A stretch of DNA of 51,568 nt from the IMG/VR virus record IMGVR_UViG_3300028586_000028, positions 1 through 51,568 of that record. One strand, written 5' to 3'. Both the position numbers and the translations under genes were made by a program. Positions 35,437 to 44,861 of this stretch are shown here, one piece after another. The DNA is from a virus. Lineage: Duplodnaviria > Caudoviricetes. Position 1 is the first letter of the stretch; every line of letters starts with the position of its first letter. The notes below the pieces were generated by a model. The model saw only the letters and a program-made list of their open reading frames with translations. It did no database searches and was not told where the DNA came from.

Positions 35437-36885
35437 TTACTCCCCATGCGTAGCCTTGAAAGCCGCGTATTCAGCCGCCAATAGCGTGGTCAGCAAATAG
35501 TCGAAGTCATCTGAAAAGTGCCCCCGAATCTGGTAGCGGATGCCCAGGGCCTTGTCGTTGTACATCTCCTTGTGCTTCTCATTGATGCCAAGCTGCGTCA
35601 GCTCCATATCGGCAATCGCCTCCGTACACCCCGGGTCCAGCTGCACCGAAATGCCGGGGTAGCCGCCCCGTAGCACGAAGTTCACGAAATCCCGGCGGCG
35701 CATCACGCCCGGGTTCTTACGGGGCCACAGGTTCATGCTGGCACTGTGCAGCGCGGGCAGCATCGCGGCTTCGATGTCCTTGAAATCGGTCTGGTGCTCA
35801 TCGCCGGGCTTACGGTTGCGTAGCGAGGCGTCCCCCGTGAGAGCTAGCGCGGAATCCTGCCAGCCGTGCGCTTGCCGGTCCAACAGAAACTGCCGGGCCG
35901 TGGGCGTGAGGCCGCTGTTGGGGCTGCGCAGGGCGTACTCCTTGAAGATGCGTATTTGCAGCTGGGCGGGGGCTGGGCGGTAGGGTTGCGCGCACAGCAT
36001 CGCGCAGTACGGCATGCTGTTGGCATCCCAGGCTTGCAGGATGGGCACGGCGGGCAGGTAAGCCGTGGGCTTTACATGCACGGCGCGGCTGAACCCGGGG
36101 TAGAACTCGTTGCCGGTCTGCTTGGTGGCCCATAGCCCCTCGTACCATACACGAAAGCGGTAGGGGTCCGTGTGCTCGTAGCCCTTGTAGGTGGCAATCC
36201 GTTCGGGCGGGCACCATTGGTTGTCCCGCGCCGTGCTGTGCAGCACTTCGTACGGTAGCTCCACAAGCTGGCCATCCACATCCACAGCGAGGGTGCCGCT
36301 GAAACTAGTGCCGCTGGGGTGGCCCGTCTTCTCGAAAAACTTCTTCCACAGCCAGAAGGTCTTGTAATCGCCTTCGTGGTCGGGGTTGAAGGAGTAAATT
36401 TCCTGGAACACTACGCCGGGCACGGAGCTGCGCAGCGAGGTGCTGAGTACATCCGCGTCAGCTTCCTCGGTCTGGTTGGCCTCTTCGTACCACGCGTGGG
36501 TGGGGTCCGACAGCGACTTGGCTTTCCCCATGTCATCCATCCCGAAGGGGACGAAGCTATTCCGGTTCACCTTGCACTTGATGCCCAGCGGGTTCACGCC
36601 CCACGTAAACAGATGATGGATGCCCTCTCGCCTCGCTACGCGCTCCAACGTATCCCACTGGCTTCCCTTGATGGTGTTGGCGTAGCGGCGCACGAGTACG
36701 CATTTGAAGTAAGGCAGGGTAAGGCACTGGAGCAGCAAGTCCAACGCTACAAAGTCGCTTTTGCTGCTGTCGCGGCCACCCCAAAACAGGCGGAAGCGCG
36801 CCCGGCTACGGAGGTAGGGGCGGAACTTGGCATTGCATGCCTTTGGGCCTATCTCAAGGCGTATCTGTTTCCGCTCCGCTGCCAC
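35437..36885 (-). CDS. terL: Terminase large subunit (PBSX-like)
   Basis: Walker A GGRDSSKS, Walker B AWYEEA, SFNP, nuclease-domain WD and HFSDDFDY. Confidence 0.93.
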   Translation of the reverse strand: MAAERKQIRLEIGPKACNAKFRPYLRSRARFRLFWGGRDSSKSDFVALDLLLQCLTLPYFKCVLVRRYANTIKGSQWDTLERVARREGIHHLFTWGVNPLGIKCKVNRNSFVPFGMDDMGKAKSLSDPTHAWYEEANQTEEADADVLSTSLRSSVPGVVFQEIYSFNPDHEGDYKTFWLWKKFFEKTGHPSGTSFSGTLAVDVDGQLVELPYEVLHSTARDNQWCPPERIATYKGYEHTDPYRFRVWYEGLWATKQTGNEFYPGFSRAVHVKPTAYLPAVPILQAWDANSMPYCAMLCAQPYRPAPAQLQIRIFKEYALRSPNSGLTPTARQFLLDRQAHGWQDSALALTGDASLRNRKPGDEHQTDFKDIEAAMLPALHSASMNLWPRKNPGVMRRRDFVNFVLRGGYPGISVQLDPGCTEAIADMELTQLGINEKHKEMYNDKALGIRYQIRGHFSDDFDYLLTTLLAAEYAAFKATHGE

Positions 36886-37630
36886 CGATGATGATTACTT
36901 CCGTACCTGACATCTGGCTGTTGTCCTTCTCAAAAATGCCATGCACACGGCCTAGGTCGCGCAGCGCACCATCGGCCGGATACATCTCCACTTTGGGCCC
37001 ATACTCATTGAAGGAAAGTGACTTAATAGAGCCTTCCTCTTTTGCCCTGGCTAGTCCAATCATGTCAACCTCTACGGCCTCATACTCTTCAGGCGGGCCA
37101 TCCACCAATCGGAAAGCTTCGGGGTCTTCCTCAAGCTCCATCTTCCACCGCAGCACCTGAAGCTTCAGCGGGTTACCCACTTTATTGTGGAAAGTATCAC
37201 GATAGTCTTCGGCGCCTTCTTCGATAAGTCCTAGAAGGGCAATGGCGCGCTCCATAAACTCCTGCTCAAACCACAGCTTGCTCTCCATTTCAGCAATCGC
37301 ATCATGCAGCGATTGGGGCTGCTGTGTCTTGCGAAGCCGCTTTTCTACTTTGAGGTAGTCGTTTAGCCGGGTGCGCGCATTGTCGCTTATCCGCTTGATT
37401 ACCTCTTCGCGAGGCAAGGACAGTTCGGCAATGCGCGCCTCGACTGCGGCCTTTATCTCAGGTTTCTTCAGGTTTTCACTTCCGATGGAATAAGCCGAAT
37501 CAACCGAGTACCCCGCACGAATTGCCGCTTTTGTCCTATTCCCATCTACACAGAATTCCTCAATAAAGCGGCGCTGCTTTAGAGTGAATCCGTCATCTTG
37601 TATTTCGTCATCCGGCGCAAGGTCTGCCAT
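36854..37630 (-). CDS. terS: Terminase small subunit
   Basis: KQRRFIEEF.VD.N.TKAAIRAGYS..SAYSIGSENLKKPEI. Confidence 0.93.
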   Translation of the reverse strand: MADLAPDDEIQDDGFTLKQRRFIEEFCVDGNRTKAAIRAGYSVDSAYSIGSENLKKPEIKAAVEARIAELSLPREEVIKRISDNARTRLNDYLKVEKRLRKTQQPQSLHDAIAEMESKLWFEQEFMERAIALLGLIEEGAEDYRDTFHNKVGNPLKLQVLRWKMELEEDPEAFRLVDGPPEEYEAVEVDMIGLARAKEEGSIKSLSFNEYGPKVEMYPADGALRDLGRVHGIFEKDNSQMSGTEVIIIGGSGAETDTP

Positions 37631-37725
37631 GCTTTGAAAGCGAAACTATCCCTTTAGCAGGGGCCTAATCGCTTGTTTAATAAGTAGATGTGTTGTATAT
37701 TTATGATATATCAAGCTAATTTTGA

Positions 37726-38187
37726 ATGGCACGCCACACTAACATTCCCGAAAGTTTAGAAGAGCGGTTTTGGCAGAAAGTGAACAAGACAGCAGGGCTT
37801 GGGCCTTCCGGTGAATGCTGGGAATGGATTGCAGCAAAAGCCACTCAGGGCTATGGCACCTTTAAGGCTAGCGATAGGCAGGCTTTGGCTCATAGGTTTT
37901 CATATGAAATGGTTAACGGAGCGATTGGCGACCGCAAAGTATTTGTTTGTCACAAATGCGACAACCCCCTTTGCGTGAATCCTGCACACCTATTTACTGG
38001 TTCTCATCAAGACAATGTGGATGATAAAATGGCGAAGGGACGTCATTACTGCTCTTTAAAAACGGTCTGTAAGGCAGGGCATCCGCTTACAGAAGGCAAC
38101 GTCTACATTAGTGCGGGCAAACGAAGCTGTAAGCAATGCAAAGCTGAGCGTGGCAAGGCTCGTCGAAAGAGCCAAATACCCACTTAG
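37726..38187 (+). CDS. HNH homing endonuclease
   Basis: RFW.KV...CWEW...GYG...AHRFSY...VCHKCDNPLCVNPAHL..GSHQDN; AT-rich with its own TATATTTA. Confidence 0.92.
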   Translation: MARHTNIPESLEERFWQKVNKTAGLGPSGECWEWIAAKATQGYGTFKASDRQALAHRFSYEMVNGAIGDRKVFVCHKCDNPLCVNPAHLFTGSHQDNVDDKMAKGRHYCSLKTVCKAGHPLTEGNVYISAGKRSCKQCKAERGKARRKSQIPT

Positions 38188-38191
38188 CCCT

Positions 38192-38788
38192 TTACAAACC
38201 TCCCCCCCTTACCCCAGCAGCCGGAAGCGGCCACAGGCTCAGTTGCTTCATGCCCACCCGCAGCACTGGCCGGGCCACCCGCCGTTTCTTGGCACGCAAA
38301 GCCGGGCGCGGCGGCCAGGGCGTGAGTACAAGCGGGTCGCCTAACTTCGGCAGGTTGCCGTAGATGGACTTCGAGAGGCGGCCCATCCCGGCGGCCTTCA
38401 ACCGAGCGTCGTCGTTAATGGCCAGCCGCGGGTCGTCGTCCCGGTAGTTGATGTTGCGCTCCAGCCGCACTAGCTCCTTCACCACCGCAGCCAAATCGGG
38501 CCCCTCACAAAGCAGCAACTCCGCTACCCCCGGCTGCTGCTGGGGCGTGAGCTTCTGGATAATCTCGGGCATGGCTTCGCGAATGCGCTTCTCGGCTCCG
38601 CGTACCTGGGTGGCGGCGAGCTTGCCCCCGAGCAGCTGTACGTACACGGCCTGCTTATCGAGGGGGCGGTAGAGGTGGCTTACGGCGTCGTCGCATAGCC
38701 TGGTGTAGGCGCGCAGCAACTTGCGCTCTAGCACGTAGCTACTGGCGGCGTGTCCAGCTTCGGGGGCGCGGCGGGGCGTAGTGGGCAT
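38192..38788 (-). CDS. Hypothetical protein with C-terminal QLSLW; last early gene
   Basis: Start MPTTPR. Confidence 0.65.
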   Translation of the reverse strand: MPTTPRRAPEAGHAASSYVLERKLLRAYTRLCDDAVSHLYRPLDKQAVYVQLLGGKLAATQVRGAEKRIREAMPEIIQKLTPQQQPGVAELLLCEGPDLAAVVKELVRLERNINYRDDDPRLAINDDARLKAAGMGRLSKSIYGNLPKLGDPLVLTPWPPRPALRAKKRRVARPVLRVGMKQLSLWPLPAAGVRGGGL

Positions 38789-38864
38789 GTTTCTCGCGGG
38801 CTTCGGTTGAGGGTACAACACGAATTTCCGGGCGGCGAGAAGCGATGTGGGCGGGCGGCGCGGG

Positions 38865-39287
38865 CTAATTATTCCCCGTTTTGGGGTAAAGCTTGAATAA
38901 GCCGTGCCCGACGTGTTCCAGGGTGAAGTGCAGGGCCTCGCTACAGGCCCCCAGCATGGCATTCGTGCGGGCGGCGGCCTTAAAGCGAATCCCGCCCGAG
39001 CTGCCAACCGGCAGGCGGCGGTAATGCCCACCGGCGCGGGTATCGAGGTGCCAGTTGTCGCGCTCTCGGATGGGGGGGCGCAAGTCGATGGTTTCGCCCG
39101 CAGGCAGCAGGCGGGCCGCTTCCGCGTTCAGGTGCACGGAGCCATCGGCCCGCACGCTTAGGCGAGGCTCGGTGCGGGGCACGTACGCCGCCCGCGGCTC
39201 GTGGCTGTAGCGTCCCAGCCCCACGGGCTGCGGGTGGCGGGCTCCGTAGCCGGGGTTTTGCAGGAAGGCTTGGGGTGTCTGGCTCAT
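38865..39287 (-). CDS. Hypothetical protein (start MSQTPQ)
   Basis: Operon packing. Confidence 0.65.
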   Translation of the reverse strand: MSQTPQAFLQNPGYGARHPQPVGLGRYSHEPRAAYVPRTEPRLSVRADGSVHLNAEAARLLPAGETIDLRPPIRERDNWHLDTRAGGHYRRLPVGSSGGIRFKAAARTNAMLGACSEALHFTLEHVGHGLFKLYPKTGNN

Positions 39288-39294
39288 GGGGGCC

Positions 39295-39591
39295 TTAGGT
39301 GTTAGGGGTGGGGGCGGGGGACGTTTTGAATGTCCACTCAGGCGAGCCGGGCGGGCCATCAGCCACCTGCACGGTGGTAGTGCACTCTCGCTTACCATCA
39401 GGCGTCCAGGTGATAGCGGTGAGGCCCATCTTTTCGGGCTCAAAGGGCTCGTCTGTCAGCTCAACCACCAACTTGATAGTGACGATGTGAAGCAGAAAGC
39501 TCTTGAGGTCGTCGGCTAGCTCGTCAATGTTGTCAGTGGTTACCACCCGGGCGAGGTCGGCAATGCAAGCAATCTCGTGTGTCTGGCTCAT
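39295..39591 (-). CDS. Hypothetical protein (start MSQTHE)
   Basis: Operon packing. Confidence 0.65.
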   Translation of the reverse strand: MSQTHEIACIADLARVVTTDNIDELADDLKSFLLHIVTIKLVVELTDEPFEPEKMGLTAITWTPDGKRECTTTVQVADGPPGSPEWTFKTSPAPTPNT

Positions 39592-39598
39592 GGGGTCT

Positions 39599-39874
39599 TT
39601 AGCTTTTAGGAGAGGGGGCGGGCTCTTGCTTCTTCTGTATTGATAGTCTGAGCGTTGTGATGTCATAGCCTAGCTTATCCAGTGCATCGAACAGAGAAGG
39701 CACATCATTGAATTGGCGGGCAATCACATCGTATTCGGGCCGTGCACCGCAGTAGTAGTGCAAAAGGCGGCGGCCGGCCCCTGGGGCGGGCAATTCATTG
39801 TGGTAAACGATGTCGTTCTCCTTCTTCGACCACTGCATGACGAGTTCGCCGGGCTTAGGGGTGCGGTATCTCAT
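39599..39874 (-). CDS. Hypothetical protein (start MRYRTP)
   Basis: SL...L...GYDITTLRLSI motif, common in phages. Confidence 0.7.
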   Translation of the reverse strand: MRYRTPKPGELVMQWSKKENDIVYHNELPAPGAGRRLLHYYCGARPEYDVIARQFNDVPSLFDALDKLGYDITTLRLSIQKKQEPAPSPKS

Positions 39875-39878
39875 GATT

Positions 39879-40067
39879 TCAGTTTTTAGGCGTGGCGTAA
39901 TACACTTCCAGAGCCGCCAAAACGGCTTTGATGGCTCCCTCATCCGCTGGCCCCGTCCACACGAGGCGCTGCCGGTCGCCAAAGTGGTTGGCGGCGAGGG
40001 CCAGGCTGTGGGGGCCGATTAGCCAGTAGCACGGGCCGCCGATGGTGCCGAAGGTGGGGCGGGGCAA
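39879..40067 (-). CDS. Hypothetical protein
   Basis: Operon packing; start uncertain. Confidence 0.45.
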   Translation of the reverse strand: MPRPTFGTIGGPCYWLIGPHSLALAANHFGDRQRLVWTGPADEGAIKAVLAALEVYYATPKN

Positions 40068-40192
40068 AGCGGAGATTTCCCGCTTTGGGTTTTCCGCCGC
40101 CCTCCCGGCCTCTCCCGCCCCTGGTGTGTCTGTGTGTGTGGCTGGGGTGGCTTGCGTGGCGTGGGGGGGGCTTCTTTGGGGCCAAATCGGCG

Positions 40193-40435
40193 CTATTCCA
40201 GCGGGCTGTCATTGCTGGAGCGGTAAATTGTGAATCCTAGCCCTTCCTCGCCTTCATAATCAATGCCCGCGGCGACCAGTATTCCTTCCACATCTAGCGG
40301 GCACAAGCAAGCGTCTTCATCTTCTTCATCGGCACAGAGCGGGCAAAGGGCAGAGCCGACTAGGGCGCGCAGCTGGCGGGGAGTTTCAATCTCTTGGTCA
40401 GTTGCGGAATTGTAAATGGTGTTCGCGCTACACAT
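40193..40435 (-). CDS. Cys-containing hypothetical protein
   Basis: IETPRQL...CLCPLD. Confidence 0.6.
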   Translation of the reverse strand: MCSANTIYNSATDQEIETPRQLRALVGSALCPLCADEEDEDACLCPLDVEGILVAAGIDYEGEEGLGFTIYRSSNDSPLE

Positions 40436-41189
40436 CGGCCACCCCTCCTTTCTTCCCCTGTAGTGGAGACGCGCCATCCTCTTCTGCCAGGGCATTGGCT
40501 TCGGCGCGGGTCAGGTAACAGCCCTCAACATCGGTCACGTAGTCGTCACCATCTCGGACGGGCAAGCCGCTTACCTCATAGAAGCCGACGATTTCACCGA
40601 GCCCGCCTGTCTTCTCGCAGGTAAGGCAGTTGCCGGGGCAGGCAACAGGGTTTGGTCCAGCTTTTGCCTGGAGTCGCTCAATCAGCCGGCCAATGGCGGG
40701 GCCGTCGCCTGCATTGTAGGCCCTATTCAACTCAGCCAGCACCTCGCCCAGCAGCTCGCCCAAGCCAGCATTCGCCGTTACAAGGGGCTCGTTCTCCTCC
40801 CGTAGCTCGGTGGCGGTGGCGCGCAGGTCTACGTGCTTGCCAATAAAGGCGATGGTGGCCTCCAGAACGTTTGCGGGTTCCGTTTCCAAGACCGCGCTTA
40901 TGTCAGCTAGCTTGGCTTCAGCGGTGGCGAGTGCGGCTAGCAGGGTGAGCATAGCGCCAGGATGGGCAGCGGCGATGTAGGCGGCGTTCGCCATGCACTG
41001 GCCCATGCCCTCACTGTCAATGTTGGCTAAGGCGACATGCTTTTTGTCATCAGCAGTATTTATTGCCCCCGCAAAATCGGGGGAAGTAAGCGCCCACGGG
41101 CCGGGCGTAGCAGCCTCAGCTAGTTGCTTCAGTTCGGCCCGCTGCTCTACCGTGAGCGGGGTAACGGCGGATGTAGCTTGCTCTTGCAT
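40428..41189 (-). CDS. Ead/Ea22-like protein
   Basis: LKQLAEAATPGPW...ANAAYIAAAHP..MLTLL. Confidence 0.75.
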   Translation of the reverse strand: MQEQATSAVTPLTVEQRAELKQLAEAATPGPWALTSPDFAGAINTADDKKHVALANIDSEGMGQCMANAAYIAAAHPGAMLTLLAALATAEAKLADISAVLETEPANVLEATIAFIGKHVDLRATATELREENEPLVTANAGLGELLGEVLAELNRAYNAGDGPAIGRLIERLQAKAGPNPVACPGNCLTCEKTGGLGEIVGFYEVSGLPVRDGDDYVTDVEGCYLTRAEANALAEEDGASPLQGKKGGVADV

Positions 41190-41246
41190 GACTTAAAGAT
41201 ACTGATTAAAAGTGGATTATCAAAGTAATAGTTGTGTTTATTTTGG

Positions 41247-41711
41247 TTAAAAGGCCCCGCCAATGGTGAGCACCCCCGCCTCAATCAGCCGGGCTTCGAG
41301 CCGACGCAGGCACTTGGTTTCGGCAGGAGTGTGCTCGCGGGGCAGGGCTAGCAGGCGCTCGCGGGCATCCCAGGCAGGTAGTAGCAGGTTGCCCGTTGCC
41401 AGCACCTTGCCCAAGTGAATGATGTAGTCGCCGGGGGCCACGGCGACTACTAAGCCGTTGCTGAAGGTGTGCCGCTGCCGCTGCGCAGCCTCATCCCAGC
41501 CGTGGAACTCGCATAGCAGCCAGGGCCGGCGGGCACCGTAGCCATTCACGAACAGCACCTGGTCATAGTCGTTCTTCGTGAGCCGGCTCTTTATCCACTG
41601 GCCGGGGCTGCGGTATTCATCCTTCTTTTCGCCTGTTATCATCACCTCGAAAGGCTGCCCAGTGAGGGTAGCGCGTAGCACGTTGCCACGCAGTTCGGGA
41701 GTTTCCATCAT
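41247..41711 (-). CDS. ASCH/PUA-like domain protein
   Basis: F..MITGEKKDEYR....WIKSRL...YD.V.F.NGY. Confidence 0.7.
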   Translation of the reverse strand: MMETPELRGNVLRATLTGQPFEVMITGEKKDEYRSPGQWIKSRLTKNDYDQVLFVNGYGARRPWLLCEFHGWDEAAQRQRHTFSNGLVVAVAPGDYIIHLGKVLATGNLLLPAWDARERLLALPREHTPAETKCLRRLEARLIEAGVLTIGGAF

Positions 41712-41750
41712 GTCTCGGGGGCTTATGGCTAGTGGGGGAAGTGGGTGGGG

Positions 41751-42029
41751 CTAGTAGGGCATCCCATCGGGGCCATCGGGCCACGTCGGCTTATCGAACT
41801 CAGCCTTGCGGCGGTGCTGCCCCCGCCCATTGTCTTCGCATTTGTCGCACAGGGGCACGCCGCAGACGAATTGCGTGAAGGTTTGGCAGCACTCGCCAGC
41901 AGCGGGCTCGCCACAGCACTGGCATTTCACTTCTGCGTGGTCGGCGCAGCGGCCGGGAGCAGTGGCAGGCTTGCCACAATAGCCCCGCCAAGCAATGGAG
42001 TAGGCGCAGGAGGTCGTATTTTCTTTCAT
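41751..42029 (-). CDS. Cys-rich zinc-finger protein
   Basis: Multiple Cys/His clusters. Confidence 0.65.
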   Translation of the reverse strand: MKENTTSCAYSIAWRGYCGKPATAPGRCADHAEVKCQCCGEPAAGECCQTFTQFVCGVPLCDKCEDNGRGQHRRKAEFDKPTWPDGPDGMPY

Positions 42030-42047
42030 GACTGTCTCTCTTGGTTC

Positions 42048-42443
42048 TTAGTGCCGCACAGTAGCGGCGGGGGTGGGGGATTCCTGTTCTATTTTGGCGT
42101 CAATGGCAGCGAGACGGGCGGCGCATTCCTGCTCAACCTTATGCCGCAAGGCTTGCAATGCCAGCAGCCGCGTGGAATAGAGGCTGCGGCTGCCCTTGGT
42201 GCTGGTTTGGCTGTCGCTGCGGGAGTTGTGGTGGATGGAATCGGAGCACGCTGGGGACACCGCATCCCCGCCAAAGCCAGCGTAGGCGGAATACAAAAAG
42301 CCCTTTATCAGCCGGTTGCCCCGCTCGCTGCTTAGCGGGGCCGGCACATCGGGCGGCACGGGCTGGGTCCAACTTAATGCCTTGGCTAGGCGCACCTGCT
42401 GCTTGAGGGCGTCGAATTCGGCTTGCTCTTTCTTGTTCATCAT
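42048..42443 (-). CDS. Hypothetical protein
   Basis: Typical phage ORF; LYSTRLLALQALRH.VE.ECA.RLA.ID. Confidence 0.7.
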   Translation of the reverse strand: MMNKKEQAEFDALKQQVRLAKALSWTQPVPPDVPAPLSSERGNRLIKGFLYSAYAGFGGDAVSPACSDSIHHNSRSDSQTSTKGSRSLYSTRLLALQALRHKVEQECAARLAAIDAKIEQESPTPAATVRH

Positions 42444-42478
42444 GGCTGTTTCGCTCTTAGGGGGTGGAGGGGAGAGGG

Positions 42479-43504
42479 TTAAAAGGGGGCGTTTGGAAGG
42501 GGCTTAGCGTCGAAAGTGCTGGCGGGCAGGTTATTGGCGTTCCATTCGGGGGCAGGGTCGCCGGGGGCGTTGAAGCTGACCTTTTCAAGCGGGTGCTGCC
42601 CGTCGCCCACCTGTGGGAAGTAGCGGAAGGTGGGGCGCTCGTACAGCAGGGGCAGCATCCCAGGCTGGCCTACGCGGCCCTGCTTCTTGATTTTATGAAT
42701 CCACAGTTCCGTTTCAGGGTCGGGGAAAGTGGGACGGAACACGGCCAGCACGTTGTCAAACTTGTTGTTCCACATCTTGCCGCCCGAAATGGAGTAGGCA
42801 TCGGGCCGCACCAAATTGCCCGCCTTGTCCTTCGACTGTCCGGCCGGGTGCGCCGTGACGAGCAGCGCCACGTTGTGCTTGATGGCGAAGCGCTTGAGGA
42901 TGCCGAACTGCTCACTGAGGTAGATATCCTCCCGGCTCTGCCAGTCGTGGGCCAGCTGGTTCCAGGGGTCAATCAGCACCCCATCCAGCGGCTTTTCAGC
43001 ATGGAGGCGGGCAAACTCATCCAATAACTGCTTTGGGGTGGCTCCTTCGGGGGCCGTGACCACTACGAAGTGCTCGTACACCCAGGCGATGGCCTTTTGC
43101 AGCTCGTCTAAGCTCATGCGGCTATTGGCAAACTTGAGGTTGGCCGTGCGCCCGACAAGCATTTGGGCCATTTCCACGTAGAAATCTTCCTCGTTTTCCG
43201 GCACGAATACCGCGAAGCGCCAGCCAGCGAAGGCGGCCTTGAGCAGCATCACGGAGTGAATCATGCGGCTCTTGCCGTGGTTGGCGTTGCCGGTGATGAT
43301 GGTGATTTCCTTCTTGAGCCACGTCCAAAACTCATCCAGGCAGGGCCAGTGGGTGGTTTCTCCGTTGCCGAAGCCGTGTTGGTAAAAGGCAACTGCGGCG
43401 GCCATGATATCGGCCAGTTGCTGCACTTGCAGCGGGGCAACGGCGGGCTTGGCAGGCAGGACGCGGGCGGCGGGGCGGGGGGCAAAGGGGCTGGGCAAGC
43501 TCAT
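42479..43504 (-). CDS. SF4 (DnaB/Twinkle-like) helicase domain protein
   Basis: ITGNANHGKS Walker A, LIDPWN Walker B, TAHP, YSISG...W.NK.DN. Confidence 0.85.
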   Translation of the reverse strand: MSLPSPFAPRPAARVLPAKPAVAPLQVQQLADIMAAAVAFYQHGFGNGETTHWPCLDEFWTWLKKEITIITGNANHGKSRMIHSVMLLKAAFAGWRFAVFVPENEEDFYVEMAQMLVGRTANLKFANSRMSLDELQKAIAWVYEHFVVVTAPEGATPKQLLDEFARLHAEKPLDGVLIDPWNQLAHDWQSREDIYLSEQFGILKRFAIKHNVALLVTAHPAGQSKDKAGNLVRPDAYSISGGKMWNNKFDNVLAVFRPTFPDPETELWIHKIKKQGRVGQPGMLPLLYERPTFRYFPQVGDGQHPLEKVSFNAPGDPAPEWNANNLPASTFDAKPLPNAPF

Positions 43505-43899
43505 GCGGCGCGGCGGGCCAATAGCCCTTGAAAGGTGGCGATATCAGCGAGGTTCTGTTCTTTCTGCTTCACCCAATCCGCGTGGGTAAGACCAAACTGC
43601 TCTTTGAAGAAGGCGGCGCGGGTGGCCTCCTGCTGCATGATGGCCTGGGTGTGGCGCAGGTTGACTTCCATTTGGCCGTTGTAAGCCGTGGCCGTTTCGC
43701 TGAATGCCTGCATGGCGGCCAGCAGCGTTTCAAGCTCTAGGCGGCGCTCAATTTCTGCGGAGGTGGTCGTGGTCACGTCGTAGGCTTTGAGTTCGGCAGC
43801 GAGGCGGGTTTGCACCGCTGGCAGGACTTTAGCGAGCCAGAAGGCGGCGGCGCGGGCTTCTCCTTCGAGGTGGGCCAGTATTTGTTCGTCGTAATACAT
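43501..43899 (-). CDS. Coiled-coil hypothetical protein between initiator and helicase
   Basis: Overlaps both neighbours. Confidence 0.7.
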   Translation of the reverse strand: MYYDEQILAHLEGEARAAAFWLAKVLPAVQTRLAAELKAYDVTTTTSAEIERRLELETLLAAMQAFSETATAYNGQMEVNLRHTQAIMQQEATRAAFFKEQFGLTHADWVKQKEQNLADIATFQGLLARRAA

Positions 43900-44861
43900 T
43901 AGCGGGGAGAAATGATGTGGATGGTAGCGGCGGGGTATTGCTGCTGCCAGGATGCGGCTAGTTGCTTGTTCACATACTTGTCGTTTTCGCCTTGAATGGC
44001 GATTACCTGCCCTTGACGCTCCTGCCCTTTGGCCGGCAGCTCGTTTCGCGGTGTGGGGACCGTAGGCAGGCCCACCGTGAGACTGAGCAGGGGGCCGCGC
44101 TTCTTTTCGTTGATGAAGTAGGCCGAAATCCAGCTGCGTAGCGATTTGGGCGGGGCTTCAATGCCCTGGCTGCGCATCTTGTCCTGGATGGCGGCGCGGT
44201 AGGTTTCGCGGTCTAAGTCAATCGGCAGGCGCAGGTCGGTGCAGATGCTGGCGAACGTGGCGGGGTTCACGAGGCCAGGCCAGGTATCGGCCGTGAACAG
44301 CACCGCATCATCGGCGGGCGGCGCATAAGTTTTCGCCTGGGTGCTGGCTTTTAAAGCTGGTGCTGGCGTGGGGGCCGCCGCCGAATTCGCCTCGCGTTCT
44401 TCTACGTCAGTAGAAGATGTAATTGTAGTTGTAACTAGTTGGCATTCCGTTGCCGTTTTTTCAACGTCCGTTGGTTTTTTGGCAACGTCCGTTGGCGTTC
44501 CGTTGGCGTTCCGTTGCTTCTTCACCTCAGCCGACCGGCGGCCTGCCTCGGCTGCTTTCTCGCTTTTGCGCTTCTGCTCCTGCCCATCGGCCAGCAGTCG
44601 GGGGTTATAACGGAAGGTGCCGCACTCCGAAATCGGGAACTTTTTGAGCAAGCAAGCACCACTAACTGCCCACTGCTCGGGTGTCATTTCAGCCAGGCGG
44701 CGCACCTCGTCGGTATCCAGTGGCAGGGTGCCAGGCACATCTTCACCCCACGCTGTTGCCAGCAGGCCGATGTAGGCCCCGCGTTCGGCTAGGCTCATCA
44801 TGCGCACTGACTTCGAGGCAAGCCAGTCCGTGATGTTAAATGCAAACCAAAAGGGCTTCAT
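43899..44861 (-). CDS. Replication initiator, DUF1376/YdaU family
   Basis: WF.F...DWL....R.MSL.ERGAYI.LL...W....LP.D....RLA...YNPRL...KS.KA.EAG..SA. Confidence 0.85.
   Translation of the reverse strand: MKPFWFAFNITDWLASKSVRMMSLAERGAYIGLLATAWGEDVPGTLPLDTDEVRRLAEMTPEQWAVSGACLLKKFPISECGTFRYNPRLLADGQEQKRKSEKAAEAGRRSAEVKKQRNANGTPTDVAKKPTDVEKTATECQLVTTTITSSTDVEEREANSAAAPTPAPALKASTQAKTYAPPADDAVLFTADTWPGLVNPATFASICTDLRLPIDLDRETYRAAIQDKMRSQGIEAPPKSLRSWISAYFINEKKRGPLLSLTVGLPTVPTPRNELPAKGQERQGQVIAIQGENDKYVNKQLAASWQQQYPAATIHIISPR
44405..44516. repeat. Probable replication origin: TCCGTTG iterons plus AT-rich tract
   Basis: TCCGTTG at 44446, 44467, 44488, 44499 and 44510 (spacing 21, 21, 11, 11) inside the initiator gene. 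Confidence 0.75.
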
